A stretch of 47,173 bases of DNA from an uncultured Chitinophagaceae bacterium (GCA_964482155.1 CAYZWM010000002.1:1-47173), one strand, 5' to 3'. Numbered from the stretch's first letter, positions 1 through 8,363 are shown. Notes: generated from the letters alone by a model not told the origin. Numbers and translations: made by a program.

Positions 1-834
1 GCAACTGTTGCACGATGGCGCTGCCAGGTTACGAGAGTTAAACAACTCTTTACCCAGATTTTCTTCCGCCGTAAAGTTTGGGAAATCGTCCAACGGACTT
101 GAGACTAAACTCCGGCCTTCATCGTATTTCGAATTGACACTCACCATGCTTCGAACAAACTGAGCCAATGCCTTTGAAATACGGTCCGCCGAGATAAGAT
201 CATCACCGAAAGCATCTTTAAACAAAGGTTTTGCATACGATTGATCGCTTACAATTTGAACAACTTCATCTAATGTCAATCCCATTTCTACAGCGTCTTG
301 AAACGGCATTAGAACCTGATCCTCTAAGGTTTCTGCCCGTTCATCCCAGAAGAACTTCCCTGTGTCATAGAATCGAGCGTTGGCTAACCCCATAGAATGA
401 CGTCTGGTTGTCCCTCCTTCAAAACCCAGGCTTAATATTTCATCGTCTCCAAACCCCATAGATTGTTTATGACAGGAAGCGCAAGCTATCGTGCCGTTTG
501 CACTGAGTTTCTTTTCATAAAATAGAACACGACCCAGAGTTGCACCCGCATTGGAGGTTGGGTTGGTAATTGGTGTATTGTCACTTTCTATAGCAGCAAA
601 CTGAAATGCGAAACCACTTGGGAAATCGTTAGTCAGAAAGTGGTTAGGGAGTTCAATATTCTCATAATTGTAATAGGAGGCAGGAAGGTTTAGGTCAGCA
701 AAATCGTCTATGTTTGGAACGGGATCTACCTCGTCCTTTTTACAGGCTACCACAAACACAATGACGACAATAACAGCCATAACGATACTGTGCTTCGATA
801 ATTTCTCTAATTGTGATAAAATGCTACTTTTCAT
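1..834 (-). CDS. Di-haem cytochrome c peroxidase (CCP/MauG family), N-terminal 278 codons; gene runs off the left edge of the window
   Basis: Not in the ORF track because it stays open to position 1. Minus-strand translation from ATG 834-832 gives MKSSILSQLEKLSKHSIVMAVIVVIVFVVACKKDE (lipoprotein-type signal). It continues ...FYEKKLSANGTIACASCHKQSMGFGDD...FWDERAETLEDQVLMPFQDAVEMG; CASCH is the first haem CxxCH. The last codons (APSCNSC) begin a second CxxCH. Confidence 0.8.
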   Translation of the reverse strand, partial: MKSSILSQLEKLSKHSIVMAVIVVIVFVVACKKDEVDPVPNIDDFADLNLPASYYNYENIELPNHFLTNDFPSGFAFQFAAIESDNTPITNPTSNAGATLGRVLFYEKKLSANGTIACASCHKQSMGFGDDEILSLGFEGGTTRRHSMGLANARFYDTGKFFWDERAETLEDQVLMPFQDAVEMGLTLDEVVQIVSDQSYAKPLFKDAFGDDLISADRISKALAQFVRSMVSVNSKYDEGRSLVSSPLDDFPNFTAEENLGKELFNSRNLAAPSCNSC

Positions 835-847
835 AAACCAACTGTTT

Positions 848-883
848 AGTAATTAGTCTGCTGAAAATGAACAGGGTTGCATC
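848..883 (-). promoter_or_regulatory. Bipartite promoter-like element, copy 1 (minus-strand reading GATGCAACC-N14-CAGACTAATTACT), 13 nt upstream of the peroxidase ATG
   Basis: Plus-strand AGTAATTAGTCTG (848-860), a 14-nt spacer, then GGTTGCATC (875-883). Both blocks and the spacing are identical at 14473-14508. The layout resembles an ECF-type -35 (TGCAAC) and -10 (GACTAA) separated by 17 nt. Confidence 0.55.
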
Positions 884-915
884 GTTATATAAAAATTTCG
901 AAATCGCTTCTAAAC

Positions 916-2547
916 TTACATTTTTACAAGTCTCGTTACCGTAATTTCACCCACCGTATTGGTGATTTTGACCAGGTACGTTTGTTTTTTAAGTTGACTG
1001 GTATTTATAGTTAGTTGGGTCCCAACAGAGCTATATACGTCCACAAGTTGTCCAAGAGACGTGAAGACTTCGATGGTACTTATTTGATTACCTCGAACTG
1101 ACTTTACAGTAAATTTATTTTTAGTCGGATTTGGGTAAACCAGATAGTTTTTACTTGCTAGAAGGTCGTATACGGCACTTGAATTATCAAGAAGAGTCAG
1201 AAGGGAGTCGGCTATTCGTCCATTGGGCACACCATAGCCTATCAAAGAATCTGGATTTTGGTATTGATGGGCGCTTCGTTTAATAGATTCAATAACGGTC
1301 ATATTAGAACGTTGAGGATGTGCTTCTTTAAGGCATGCTGCCATACCGCTAATCATTGGTGTAGAACCTGAGGTTCCTCCATAAAACTGAAGCTGTAACC
1401 CAGTTACAAATACACCCCAAACATTACGTGTTAGTCCCGAAACGTCTGGTTTGACCCTACCGTCATAAGATGGCCCGGTAGAGGAAATCTCGTCATAATT
1501 CAGTAGAGAATTTACGCCGCCTACACATAAGATGCTATCCGCATCACAAGGAGTAGTAATTTTTCCGCCGTTGCCTCCACTGTTAACCACAATGAGTCCT
1601 TTAGACGCAGCGATGTCAGCACCTCTTGCAATGATGCTGGTATTGCCATCCATGTCTTCATAACCATAATCACCCTGCCCTGGATCAAACACGTAGTAAC
1701 TTACGGAAGAAGAGATTATATCTACGCCAATGCTGTCTGCCCATTCAACAGCTTTTATCCAATTGAATTCATCTTGATGCGTTTCAGAATGAAAATCGTC
1801 TGTAATTGCCAACAAAAAATTAGCGGCAGGTGCCGTACCAACAAGTTTAGTTGGTGTATTGCCCCCAATTAGGGATAAAACGTACGTGCCGTGTGAATTG
1901 GTATGGTAAACTTCAGCACTTTTGGACCAGAAGTCGTAGGTATTTAATATCTGTTTATGATAACGTACTGAATCAAAATATGAACTCGTATCGGCACTAA
2001 GGAAACCTACATCAAGTATGGCGATGGTTACATTCTTTCCCAAATATCCAGCATTGTGTAAATGGTTTACTCCGATTAACTCATTTTGAAACAGTGCCAA
2101 ACCATAATCAATAGAATTTGCTTTGGAATGGGACTTTCTGACGTCTGCATTCGAACCATATAGTTTATCATGGGTCAGGGAACTTGTACCACCTCGAGTT
2201 ACCGTTTGAACGTATTGAATTCGGTCAGACAGATCACGAATATCAGAAGCAGTATTAGAACTTTCTATAAGAACCGCATTGAGCCATTTAGAGGTATGAA
2301 TTATGCGACAATGATTATTCGACAATACATCTAAATTTTTCTGAGAAATGGGTAGGTCATGAAAATCAATCGCAATGCCTTTATCCCTTTTTTTGGAAAT
2401 TGCTTCGGTGCTAAACAACAACTCAGGATGGTTCTCATAGTATTCTAAATCATCCAGGTTCTTATGATCGAAATAAACGATATACTGATTTTGGGCCATA
2501 ACGCCCAGGGAAGACAGAAGCAAAACTGTCGTTAGAAATTTTTTCAT
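916..2547 (-). CDS. Secreted subtilisin-like serine protease (peptidase S8) with T9SS C-terminal sorting domain
   Basis: Signal peptide MKKFLTTVLLLSSLGVMAQ. Asp/His/Ser triad motifs IAILDVGF, HGTYVLS and GGTSGSTPMISGMAA. The C-terminal ~75 aa (YPNPTKNKFTV...YLVKITN...VTRLVKM) look like a type A T9SS sorting domain. I prefer the ATG at 2547 over the track's TTG at 2559. Confidence 0.85.
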   Translation of the reverse strand: MKKFLTTVLLLSSLGVMAQNQYIVYFDHKNLDDLEYYENHPELLFSTEAISKKRDKGIAIDFHDLPISQKNLDVLSNNHCRIIHTSKWLNAVLIESSNTASDIRDLSDRIQYVQTVTRGGTSSLTHDKLYGSNADVRKSHSKANSIDYGLALFQNELIGVNHLHNAGYLGKNVTIAILDVGFLSADTSSYFDSVRYHKQILNTYDFWSKSAEVYHTNSHGTYVLSLIGGNTPTKLVGTAPAANFLLAITDDFHSETHQDEFNWIKAVEWADSIGVDIISSSVSYYVFDPGQGDYGYEDMDGNTSIIARGADIAASKGLIVVNSGGNGGKITTPCDADSILCVGGVNSLLNYDEISSTGPSYDGRVKPDVSGLTRNVWGVFVTGLQLQFYGGTSGSTPMISGMAACLKEAHPQRSNMTVIESIKRSAHQYQNPDSLIGYGVPNGRIADSLLTLLDNSSAVYDLLASKNYLVYPNPTKNKFTVKSVRGNQISTIEVFTSLGQLVDVYSSVGTQLTINTSQLKKQTYLVKITNTVGEITVTRLVKM

Positions 2548-2687
2548 AATTGAGTGCAAGTTAGGAGGTTTGTCAGCGATGCAATCACCTCCAGGTCATA
2601 TAGGAGACATTTAAACCAATTGTTTAACGATTACACGAGTTGGTTTATCATTGGTTTGAAATCACAACAAGTACATATGAATATTTT

Positions 2688-3389
2688 TTATCGGAATCTC
2701 GACATTTTCCTTAAGTCATCCGTTTGATTTAATGGTGAATAGATCAGACCTTTCCAATACATAGGTTCATTTGGATTTGCAAGGTGCTCAAAAACAAAAC
2801 TGAACTCTGCTTTCATTATTCCTTTTTTCCAAAGGGTTTGATCCAGGATAAAAAAACCACTGATGGAATAAAATGTGGCATCTCCGTTGTGTACAACACT
2901 GTTTAAATTAATAGTGGCATAACAGGAATCTCGAATCAAGGTGAGTTCTAAGCTGCAATGCGTCGCGATTCCAGCCATCGTAAAACAAGTTACGGTGTCC
3001 ATGTTATTTTGAAATACGTTTATAAAATCCGTACCTGCCCATTCATAACACCATGCCTCACACGCAATGGTATGAAACTGGTGAGTCGTGTCTAACAACT
3101 GATAAAAAACGGCACTGGAATCGTCTCGAACTATTCCATTACTATCGAGCATAGAATAACACCGATCAGGGCAAAACCCGCCATCTGCACAACCGGCTTT
3201 CCCGTCATTTTTCCTAGCCACTCCAAGTGGGTAGCTCCATTTATTTGTGAAGGAGAAGTCACCTTCAATATGATCGACCCACTTAATGGTTATGGGTATA
3301 GAAGATGTGACAGGAATTTGTTTAGTTATTTGTCCCCATGAGACGGAAGTTATAAGCGTAAGAATGGTTAAGGTAAGGAAGATTCTCAT
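2688..3389 (-). CDS. Hypothetical secreted Cys-rich protein
   Basis: 233-aa ORF with N-terminal signal peptide MRIFLTLTILTLITSVSWGQ. No family recognised. Contains many Cys and Trp residues. Confidence 0.6.
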   Translation of the reverse strand: MRIFLTLTILTLITSVSWGQITKQIPVTSSIPITIKWVDHIEGDFSFTNKWSYPLGVARKNDGKAGCADGGFCPDRCYSMLDSNGIVRDDSSAVFYQLLDTTHQFHTIACEAWCYEWAGTDFINVFQNNMDTVTCFTMAGIATHCSLELTLIRDSCYATINLNSVVHNGDATFYSISGFFILDQTLWKKGIMKAEFSFVFEHLANPNEPMYWKGLIYSPLNQTDDLRKMSRFR

Positions 3390-3450
3390 TGGTCAACTAT
3401 AACGTAGATATGGTCGTATAGAGTATTCACATTTTAGATTTACCAATCCA

Positions 3451-4086
3451 TTAGAAGTTGTGTGACGTCAATTTTTGAATTTCTATACTTAGAACTTTTC
3501 CGTTCCCTTTTGATGAGGTCTGTTTTCGATAGAGGAGACCAACTTCATAACCAAAGTATTGGACAATGGTTAGGGTGTTGCCTGATTCAAAATGATTAAT
3601 TTGATAGGTTTTTATACATTTCACATCGGTATACCCATCAACCGCAGAAGCAAATTGATCACCGCAAAACTGATAAATCTGTATTTGAATAAGATCCTTT
3701 GTATCGGCCTCATAGATCAAGAGAGAATCCCCCTGACAGGCCAATTTGCCATAATCAATTAAGACCCTATCACCACAACACCGAAGTTGGTTATTCGCGT
3801 TGGTCCAATAGGCATAACTCCAAAGTTGGTCATTTCGGTAATAGTCTATACGAGAACTGTCGGGATTGTATTTAGCAACTTCATTAAGTTTCGTGGTAAT
3901 ACCGGAAACACTATCAATCAAGATCGTTTCATACGACCATTCATGACCATCGGTTTCTGGAAAATACTTGTAATTATCACTGAAATCGGGCAACTCTGCT
4001 TTGGTAATATTGACGGTTTTGTCTTTGCACCCAGAAATGGCAAATAGGGTTAAAAGAGTAATAGTGAGCTTGTTTATCGGTTTCAT
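3451..4086 (-). CDS. Hypothetical lipoprotein
   Basis: 211-aa ORF. Signal peptide with lipobox (LFAISGC). No family recognised. Confidence 0.6.
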   Translation of the reverse strand: MKPINKLTITLLTLFAISGCKDKTVNITKAELPDFSDNYKYFPETDGHEWSYETILIDSVSGITTKLNEVAKYNPDSSRIDYYRNDQLWSYAYWTNANNQLRCCGDRVLIDYGKLACQGDSLLIYEADTKDLIQIQIYQFCGDQFASAVDGYTDVKCIKTYQINHFESGNTLTIVQYFGYEVGLLYRKQTSSKGNGKVLSIEIQKLTSHNF

Positions 4087-4148
4087 GTTAGTTTCTATTA
4101 TGGTCTTAACGAACCGTTCAAGGCAAAGTTACATTACCACAAGGAAAA

Positions 4149-4601
4149 TCAGTTTCTGACAGTCAATAAGCTTCCGTTCCGGAAAACCTGATATCGTTTG
4201 AGCCCAAACTGACTCGGACCTTGTAATACAAAACCATCAAAGCTATAGAGGCTTTGACAACATTGAGCAAACGTATCCGCTTGATATACCCCACATCTCA
4301 ACTGTATATTGGATGAATCCACCTGAATATGGGCGCACTGCAAGTCGGAATTAAACGTACATGTTCGTTCGATGGCATAAAATTCATCATCAAAATTGTG
4401 CACAAGAAATATGCCTCGATGACCGCCTTCGAGTAAGGTAAAACCACCTAAATTTTGTAAGTGAAAATGAAGTGGTAAATCCATATTAACGGTAATGCTA
4501 ACAGGAACATCTGGAATAAAAACAAGCCCATTTTGTCCGGTGTTGTCATTGCAGGACGATACAAAAAAGGCAGCAATAAATATGAAGGCTAGTTTACGCA
4601 T
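4149..4601 (-). CDS. Lipoprotein with degenerate Rieske-like domain (metal ligands not conserved)
   Basis: I prefer the ATG at 4601 (MRKLAFIFIAAFFVSSCNDN, lipobox) over the track start at 4688, which lies inside the upstream gene. The C-terminal half (GGHRGIFLVHNFDDEFYAIERTCTFNSDLQCAH...SLYSFDGFVLQGPSQFGLKRYQV) has a Rieske-like pattern, but the CxH/CxxH histidines are replaced. Confidence 0.5.
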   Translation of the reverse strand: MRKLAFIFIAAFFVSSCNDNTGQNGLVFIPDVPVSITVNMDLPLHFHLQNLGGFTLLEGGHRGIFLVHNFDDEFYAIERTCTFNSDLQCAHIQVDSSNIQLRCGVYQADTFAQCCQSLYSFDGFVLQGPSQFGLKRYQVFRNGSLLTVRN

Positions 4602-5433
4602 AATTGTAGAATCCTTTACCTGTTTTTCGACCGTAATGTCCCGCATCGACTTTTTGTTTTTGAATCTTGCTCGGACGGAATTTACCATCCTGGTAGAAAA
4701 GGTTAAACATGGATTCAGTGACCGAAAAATTTGTTTCTACTCCAATGAGGTCCATCAATCTGAACGGACCCATTTTAAATCCACTGGCTTCCAACAACGC
4801 GTCAATGTCTTCGTGTGAAGCCACATTTTCTTCCAGGGTTTTTAAACCTTCTACATAGTAATGTCTTGCTACCCGGTTAACAATAAAACCAGGAGAGTCT
4901 TTGGCCATAATGGGTGTCTTTTTCAACCCTTTGACAAAGTCAAAAGCGGTTTGTGCCACCGTCTCAGAAGTGTGAGCACCACTTACGATCTCTACCAACT
5001 TCATAATGTGTGCTGGATTGAAAAAGTGGATACCTACCACACGCTCGGGATGAGGAATAGCAGTCGAAATTTGAGTTATGGGTATGGAAGACGTATTGGT
5101 TGCCAAAATGCATTGGTCGTTATTGATTGATGCCAACGTCTGAAACAGTTTGATTTTTACATCCAGTCGTTCTACGATGGCTTCAAGAGCTAAATCAACT
5201 ACCAAATTTTCAAGATGGTCTGTGGTCTTTAGGTTATTAAGGGTTTCCTGTTTTTTTGCCTCATCCAACTTACCAATCGAAATTCCTTTATCAAGGTTTT
5301 TATGTATAGACGCCATTGCCTTTTCAAGGGCTTCTGGATTTAAATCAAACAATAAAACAGGATGTCCAGCCATGGCACATACTTGAGCGATGCCTGCTCC
5401 CATTGTTCCTGCTCCTACGATGCCTATTTTCAT
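4594..5433 (-). CDS. 3-hydroxyacyl-CoA / 3-hydroxybutyryl-CoA dehydrogenase (NAD-binding)
   Basis: MKIGIVGAGTMGAGIAQ Rossmann motif at the ATG at 5433. Family-typical segments follow (NTSSIPIT, GIHFFNPAHIMKLVEIV, PGFIVNRV). The track's 5520 start would overlap the upstream gene. Confidence 0.85.
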   Translation of the reverse strand: MKIGIVGAGTMGAGIAQVCAMAGHPVLLFDLNPEALEKAMASIHKNLDKGISIGKLDEAKKQETLNNLKTTDHLENLVVDLALEAIVERLDVKIKLFQTLASINNDQCILATNTSSIPITQISTAIPHPERVVGIHFFNPAHIMKLVEIVSGAHTSETVAQTAFDFVKGLKKTPIMAKDSPGFIVNRVARHYYVEGLKTLEENVASHEDIDALLEASGFKMGPFRLMDLIGVETNFSVTESMFNLFYQDGKFRPSKIQKQKVDAGHYGRKTGKGFYNYA

Positions 5434-5440
5434 GTATATC

Positions 5441-6535
5441 TTAATTAGTGGAGGTTTCTCCGCTTGAATTGATTTTAAACTTAATCGAAAAAACGTGTGA
5501 GTAATTTGTCGCAGCTGCACTGGCTACATTGGCCATTGCATAGTCCAGGGCAAATTTATCCAATTCAATACCAACCCCAATATTAGGTTGTAGAGACCAA
5601 AGCTCCTGGTTGTCTATGTCTGTAATTTTTTGGATGTTTCCAATACCACCGCGAAGAAAAACGGCATCTGAATAACCAAATTGTATACCCAAATGAGGGT
5701 CAAAACTGACTACATCCGTTTTTAATAACGTGTTTCGTTTCCCATCCGTAGTCATGTCGACATTAATTTCTGAATCAAAGGAGTAATTTTCACCTATGTC
5801 AATATGTTTGGCTGCACCTAGAATAAATCGAGGCAGCGTGATCTCTAACGAGTTTTTGGGGATTTCTTGATTTTGCTGAGTCAATACATCCTTTTGAGCG
5901 TCGGTGAACGTAAAGTTCCAGGTGTTAAATGTGCTGGTTACGTCTCGCGCCACTAGAGCAAAACTCCAACCGTTATCTCCTTTATATTGCATTGCAGCGT
6001 CAATCCCAAAACCCCAGGCAGAGGCAAACTGCCCTGCTTTTCGTCTGATGATTTTCGCGTTACCACCAAAACTTAATCCTTCGCGAAGCATTTTTTGAGC
6101 ATAACTAAAAATGAACGAATAATCGACTGCCGAGAACTCGGTAATTAGGTCGTAATCGAACTGCCCATTTTTTAGAATGTCTAATGTATTTGGTATTCCA
6201 TCTATACCCATTCGAACAAAAGATATTCCCATAACGCTGTTATCTCCTGCGCTAAAAGCCAGCCCTCCATAATCGTAATTAGCAATGCCGGCAAAATAGT
6301 TTGAGTGCATGTAGCTCACTTCAATCTTATTGTCGAGATGAATTAACCCAGCCGGATTCCAATATCCTGCTGTTACGTCATCAACCGATGCGATTACCGA
6401 TTGGGACATGCCAAAAGCCTTACCTCCAACTCCAACAAATAGGAAATCGTTCGAGTATTTTGGTGTGCTTTGTGAAAAGCCACTTAATGCCAGGCTTATC
6501 AGTACCACAGATGTAAAAATCTTGTTCATTATCAT
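5441..6535 (-). CDS. Outer-membrane beta-barrel protein, PorV/PorQ-family-like (T9SS-associated family)
   Basis: Signal peptide, then an N-terminal motif GGKAFGMSQSVIASVDDVTAGYWNPAGL. This resembles the (A/G)xxxGMGxAxVA...NPA motif of PorV/PorQ-type barrels. Alternating beta-strand pattern through to the C-terminus. Confidence 0.55.
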   Translation of the reverse strand: MIMNKIFTSVVLISLALSGFSQSTPKYSNDFLFVGVGGKAFGMSQSVIASVDDVTAGYWNPAGLIHLDNKIEVSYMHSNYFAGIANYDYGGLAFSAGDNSVMGISFVRMGIDGIPNTLDILKNGQFDYDLITEFSAVDYSFIFSYAQKMLREGLSFGGNAKIIRRKAGQFASAWGFGIDAAMQYKGDNGWSFALVARDVTSTFNTWNFTFTDAQKDVLTQQNQEIPKNSLEITLPRFILGAAKHIDIGENYSFDSEINVDMTTDGKRNTLLKTDVVSFDPHLGIQFGYSDAVFLRGGIGNIQKITDIDNQELWSLQPNIGVGIELDKFALDYAMANVASAAATNYSHVFSIKFKINSSGETSTN

Positions 6536-7182
6536 TTCAATTCAGCGTCAAGTTCAACAACACTTTGTGGCATTTTTGCAGCCAACTCAGTGACAATTTG
6601 TTTAAGTAGAGCTTTTTGTCCCTCCGAAAACGGGGATAACCCCATTTTATTACATATTTTACCAAGGGCAAACACAATATTATGGCTTTCCGTATAAGAT
6701 TCAAGGTATCGGAACTTCATAAAACGGTCAAAGCCGAGACTAAACTGATCAAATTTATGGAAATCATGTTTGCCTAAAAAAGAAAGTAGTATTTGGGTTT
6801 CGACCTTTTCAAAATCGGTGTATAGGTTACTGGCCAAATTAGGATGCTTATTGACCAGATAGTGATCCATAGTCAACTCCGTTAGGATGTGTGCTATGAA
6901 CCAATCTTTATTAATATCAGTTTCACTGTTTCTAATGCGTTGGGTAATAAAATCCATACCGTCGTGAAACCCCTTCCATGAATGATATATTTTATCGCTT
7001 TGGACATGTTGTATACAGCCTTTCAAAAGCTGTTGTTCTTCTTCAGACTCAGGAATACTTAAATTGTAGTTTAGTTTGGTGCCACGAACAAAATTGCGCA
7101 CAATGTCGGGTAGGATTAACCCAAGGTTAAAATACGCTTCATCCTGTTTTTTGTCGAAGTAATAGTGCGATAGAAAATTCAC
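6532..7182 (-). CDS. Acyl carrier protein phosphodiesterase (AcpH)-like protein
   Basis: GTG start. The N-terminus MNFLSHYYF...ILPDIVRNF, later HxxxD and DH motifs, and the length (~216 aa) resemble AcpH. Its stop overlaps the next gene's start (ATGA at 6532-6535). Confidence 0.5.
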   Translation of the reverse strand: MNFLSHYYFDKKQDEAYFNLGLILPDIVRNFVRGTKLNYNLSIPESEEEQQLLKGCIQHVQSDKIYHSWKGFHDGMDFITQRIRNSETDINKDWFIAHILTELTMDHYLVNKHPNLASNLYTDFEKVETQILLSFLGKHDFHKFDQFSLGFDRFMKFRYLESYTESHNIVFALGKICNKMGLSPFSEGQKALLKQIVTELAAKMPQSVVELDAELK

Positions 7183-7186
7183 AGAA

Positions 7187-7194
7187 CAAAGGTA
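7187..7194 (-). promoter_or_regulatory. Bacteroidota sigma-A -7 box TACCTTTG (TAnnTTTG), 4 nt upstream of the acpH-like GTG
   Basis: Exact match to TAnnTTTG on the minus strand (plus strand CAAAGGTA). Confidence 0.45.
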
Positions 7195-7464
7195 GTGGCA
7201 TTAAATGGTTAATTTTTAATACACAATGGTTAAAAGAACTGAAGGAGTGGACTGTGATGTGGTGTCGAACGAACGAGCGATCCAAATCCTTGTTTAGCAA
7301 AGTAAAACAGGTAAAACGTTAGACGTACCCAAAGAAGTTTAACCTGCGGAAGGTGAACTAATCAACAGTTATTCGTTGAGAATTAAACATTCAGTATTGG
7401 CATGGTTTATGGATTAAGTAATCAAAACAGATAAATTGCGTTTTTATAATACAACAGATCACAA

Positions 7465-8004
7465 ATGAGAATACAAAGTACAATAGCCATTTGTCTTTTG
7501 GCTTTAATCAGCACGGCACAGGATGACATCCCAACCAACGAACATACTGGCAAAGCCGAATATAAATATGCAGAAGAGGTTCCCGGTTTAACTCCAGACC
7601 AGTTATACGATCGAGCGATGACCTGGGTGAACAAGTTTTATGTTAATCCGAATGGAGTATTAAAGACACGGGATAAGGCAGGCGCAAAGATTGTTGGTAG
7701 AGCACGATTTAAGTTGTCGCGAACGGACAAAAAAGGAAATGTTAACCCAAACTCAGGATTTGTATCCTATCAAATTACGTTTCAGTTTAAGGATGGAAAG
7801 TACCGATATATCATTGATGGAATACGATGGGAAACGATGTCTTATTATGATGTGAGTAAGTGGAGTGATACGACACAAACAAATTATGATAAGGTAGTAT
7901 ATGAATCATATCAAGCTCAAACGGTAAAATACTTTGACGACATGTTAGAGAACCTTGAAAGCTTTATGAAGGTTGGTGAGGCTAAAATCGAAGACGACTG
8001 GTAA
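7465..8004 (+). CDS. DUF4468-like secreted protein
   Basis: Signal peptide MRIQSTIAICLLALISTAQ. The segment GKAEYKYAEEVPGLTPDQLYDRAMTWVNKFY resembles the DUF4468 (TBP-like fold) N-terminal pattern. Confidence 0.55.
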   Translation: MRIQSTIAICLLALISTAQDDIPTNEHTGKAEYKYAEEVPGLTPDQLYDRAMTWVNKFYVNPNGVLKTRDKAGAKIVGRARFKLSRTDKKGNVNPNSGFVSYQITFQFKDGKYRYIIDGIRWETMSYYDVSKWSDTTQTNYDKVVYESYQAQTVKYFDDMLENLESFMKVGEAKIEDDW

Positions 8005-8014
8005 AACCTATTGG

Positions 8015-8191
8015 TTAGGCGCGCCAGTAATACTTACACGTTTTACAACGCATTAAGATATTTTTAAACCACTTGGTTGGCGTACCAAGGTTCACAAGAG
8101 TTTTCTCAATTTTGTCTAGAATTTTGTTGCCTGAAACCGCTTTGATTTCGAATTTGTGATGGTGGCAATTGGGGCATGCTAAGTGTGTCAT
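8015..8191 (-). CDS. Small zinc-ribbon protein (58 aa), function unknown
   Basis: From the ATG at 8191: MTHLACPNCHHHKFEIK...MRCKTCKYYW, i.e. two CxxC pairs. The track ORF begins at an upstream TTG (8227). Confidence 0.45.
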   Translation of the reverse strand: MTHLACPNCHHHKFEIKAVSGNKILDKIEKTLVNLGTPTKWFKNILMRCKTCKYYWRA

Positions 8192-8363
8192 CGTAGTATT
8201 TTTATCTGTTATCGTACAATATAACAAATTCGAAGCACATTCTGTTTATGATTTCGGCCATTTGACACTATGTTTACAATTGATTCCCAACGATTTAGGC
8301 TTCAAACAAAAAATCACCTGACACGTTCTATTAAGTTGTAAATTTACCCTGCTTAGAAAAAGG

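Noticed and set aside
2620-2659. Three TTG(G)TTT(A/G) repeats at 2620, 2640 and 2651 upstream of the S8 protease, as a possible regulator binding array.
   Set aside because: The repeats are short, degenerate and T-rich in AT-rich DNA, and the spacing is irregular (20 and 11 nt). This is compatible with chance.
4103-4134. An ATGTAAC heptamer (minus-strand sense) upstream of the lipoprotein gene 3451-4086, as a possible third target of the ECF sigma factor.
   Set aside because: Only the -35-like half matches. The ATTGTCTT block is absent at the required spacing: CGTTAAGAC begins 16 nt after the AAC, against 18 nt to GTCT in P1 and P2. The evidence is too weak to call.
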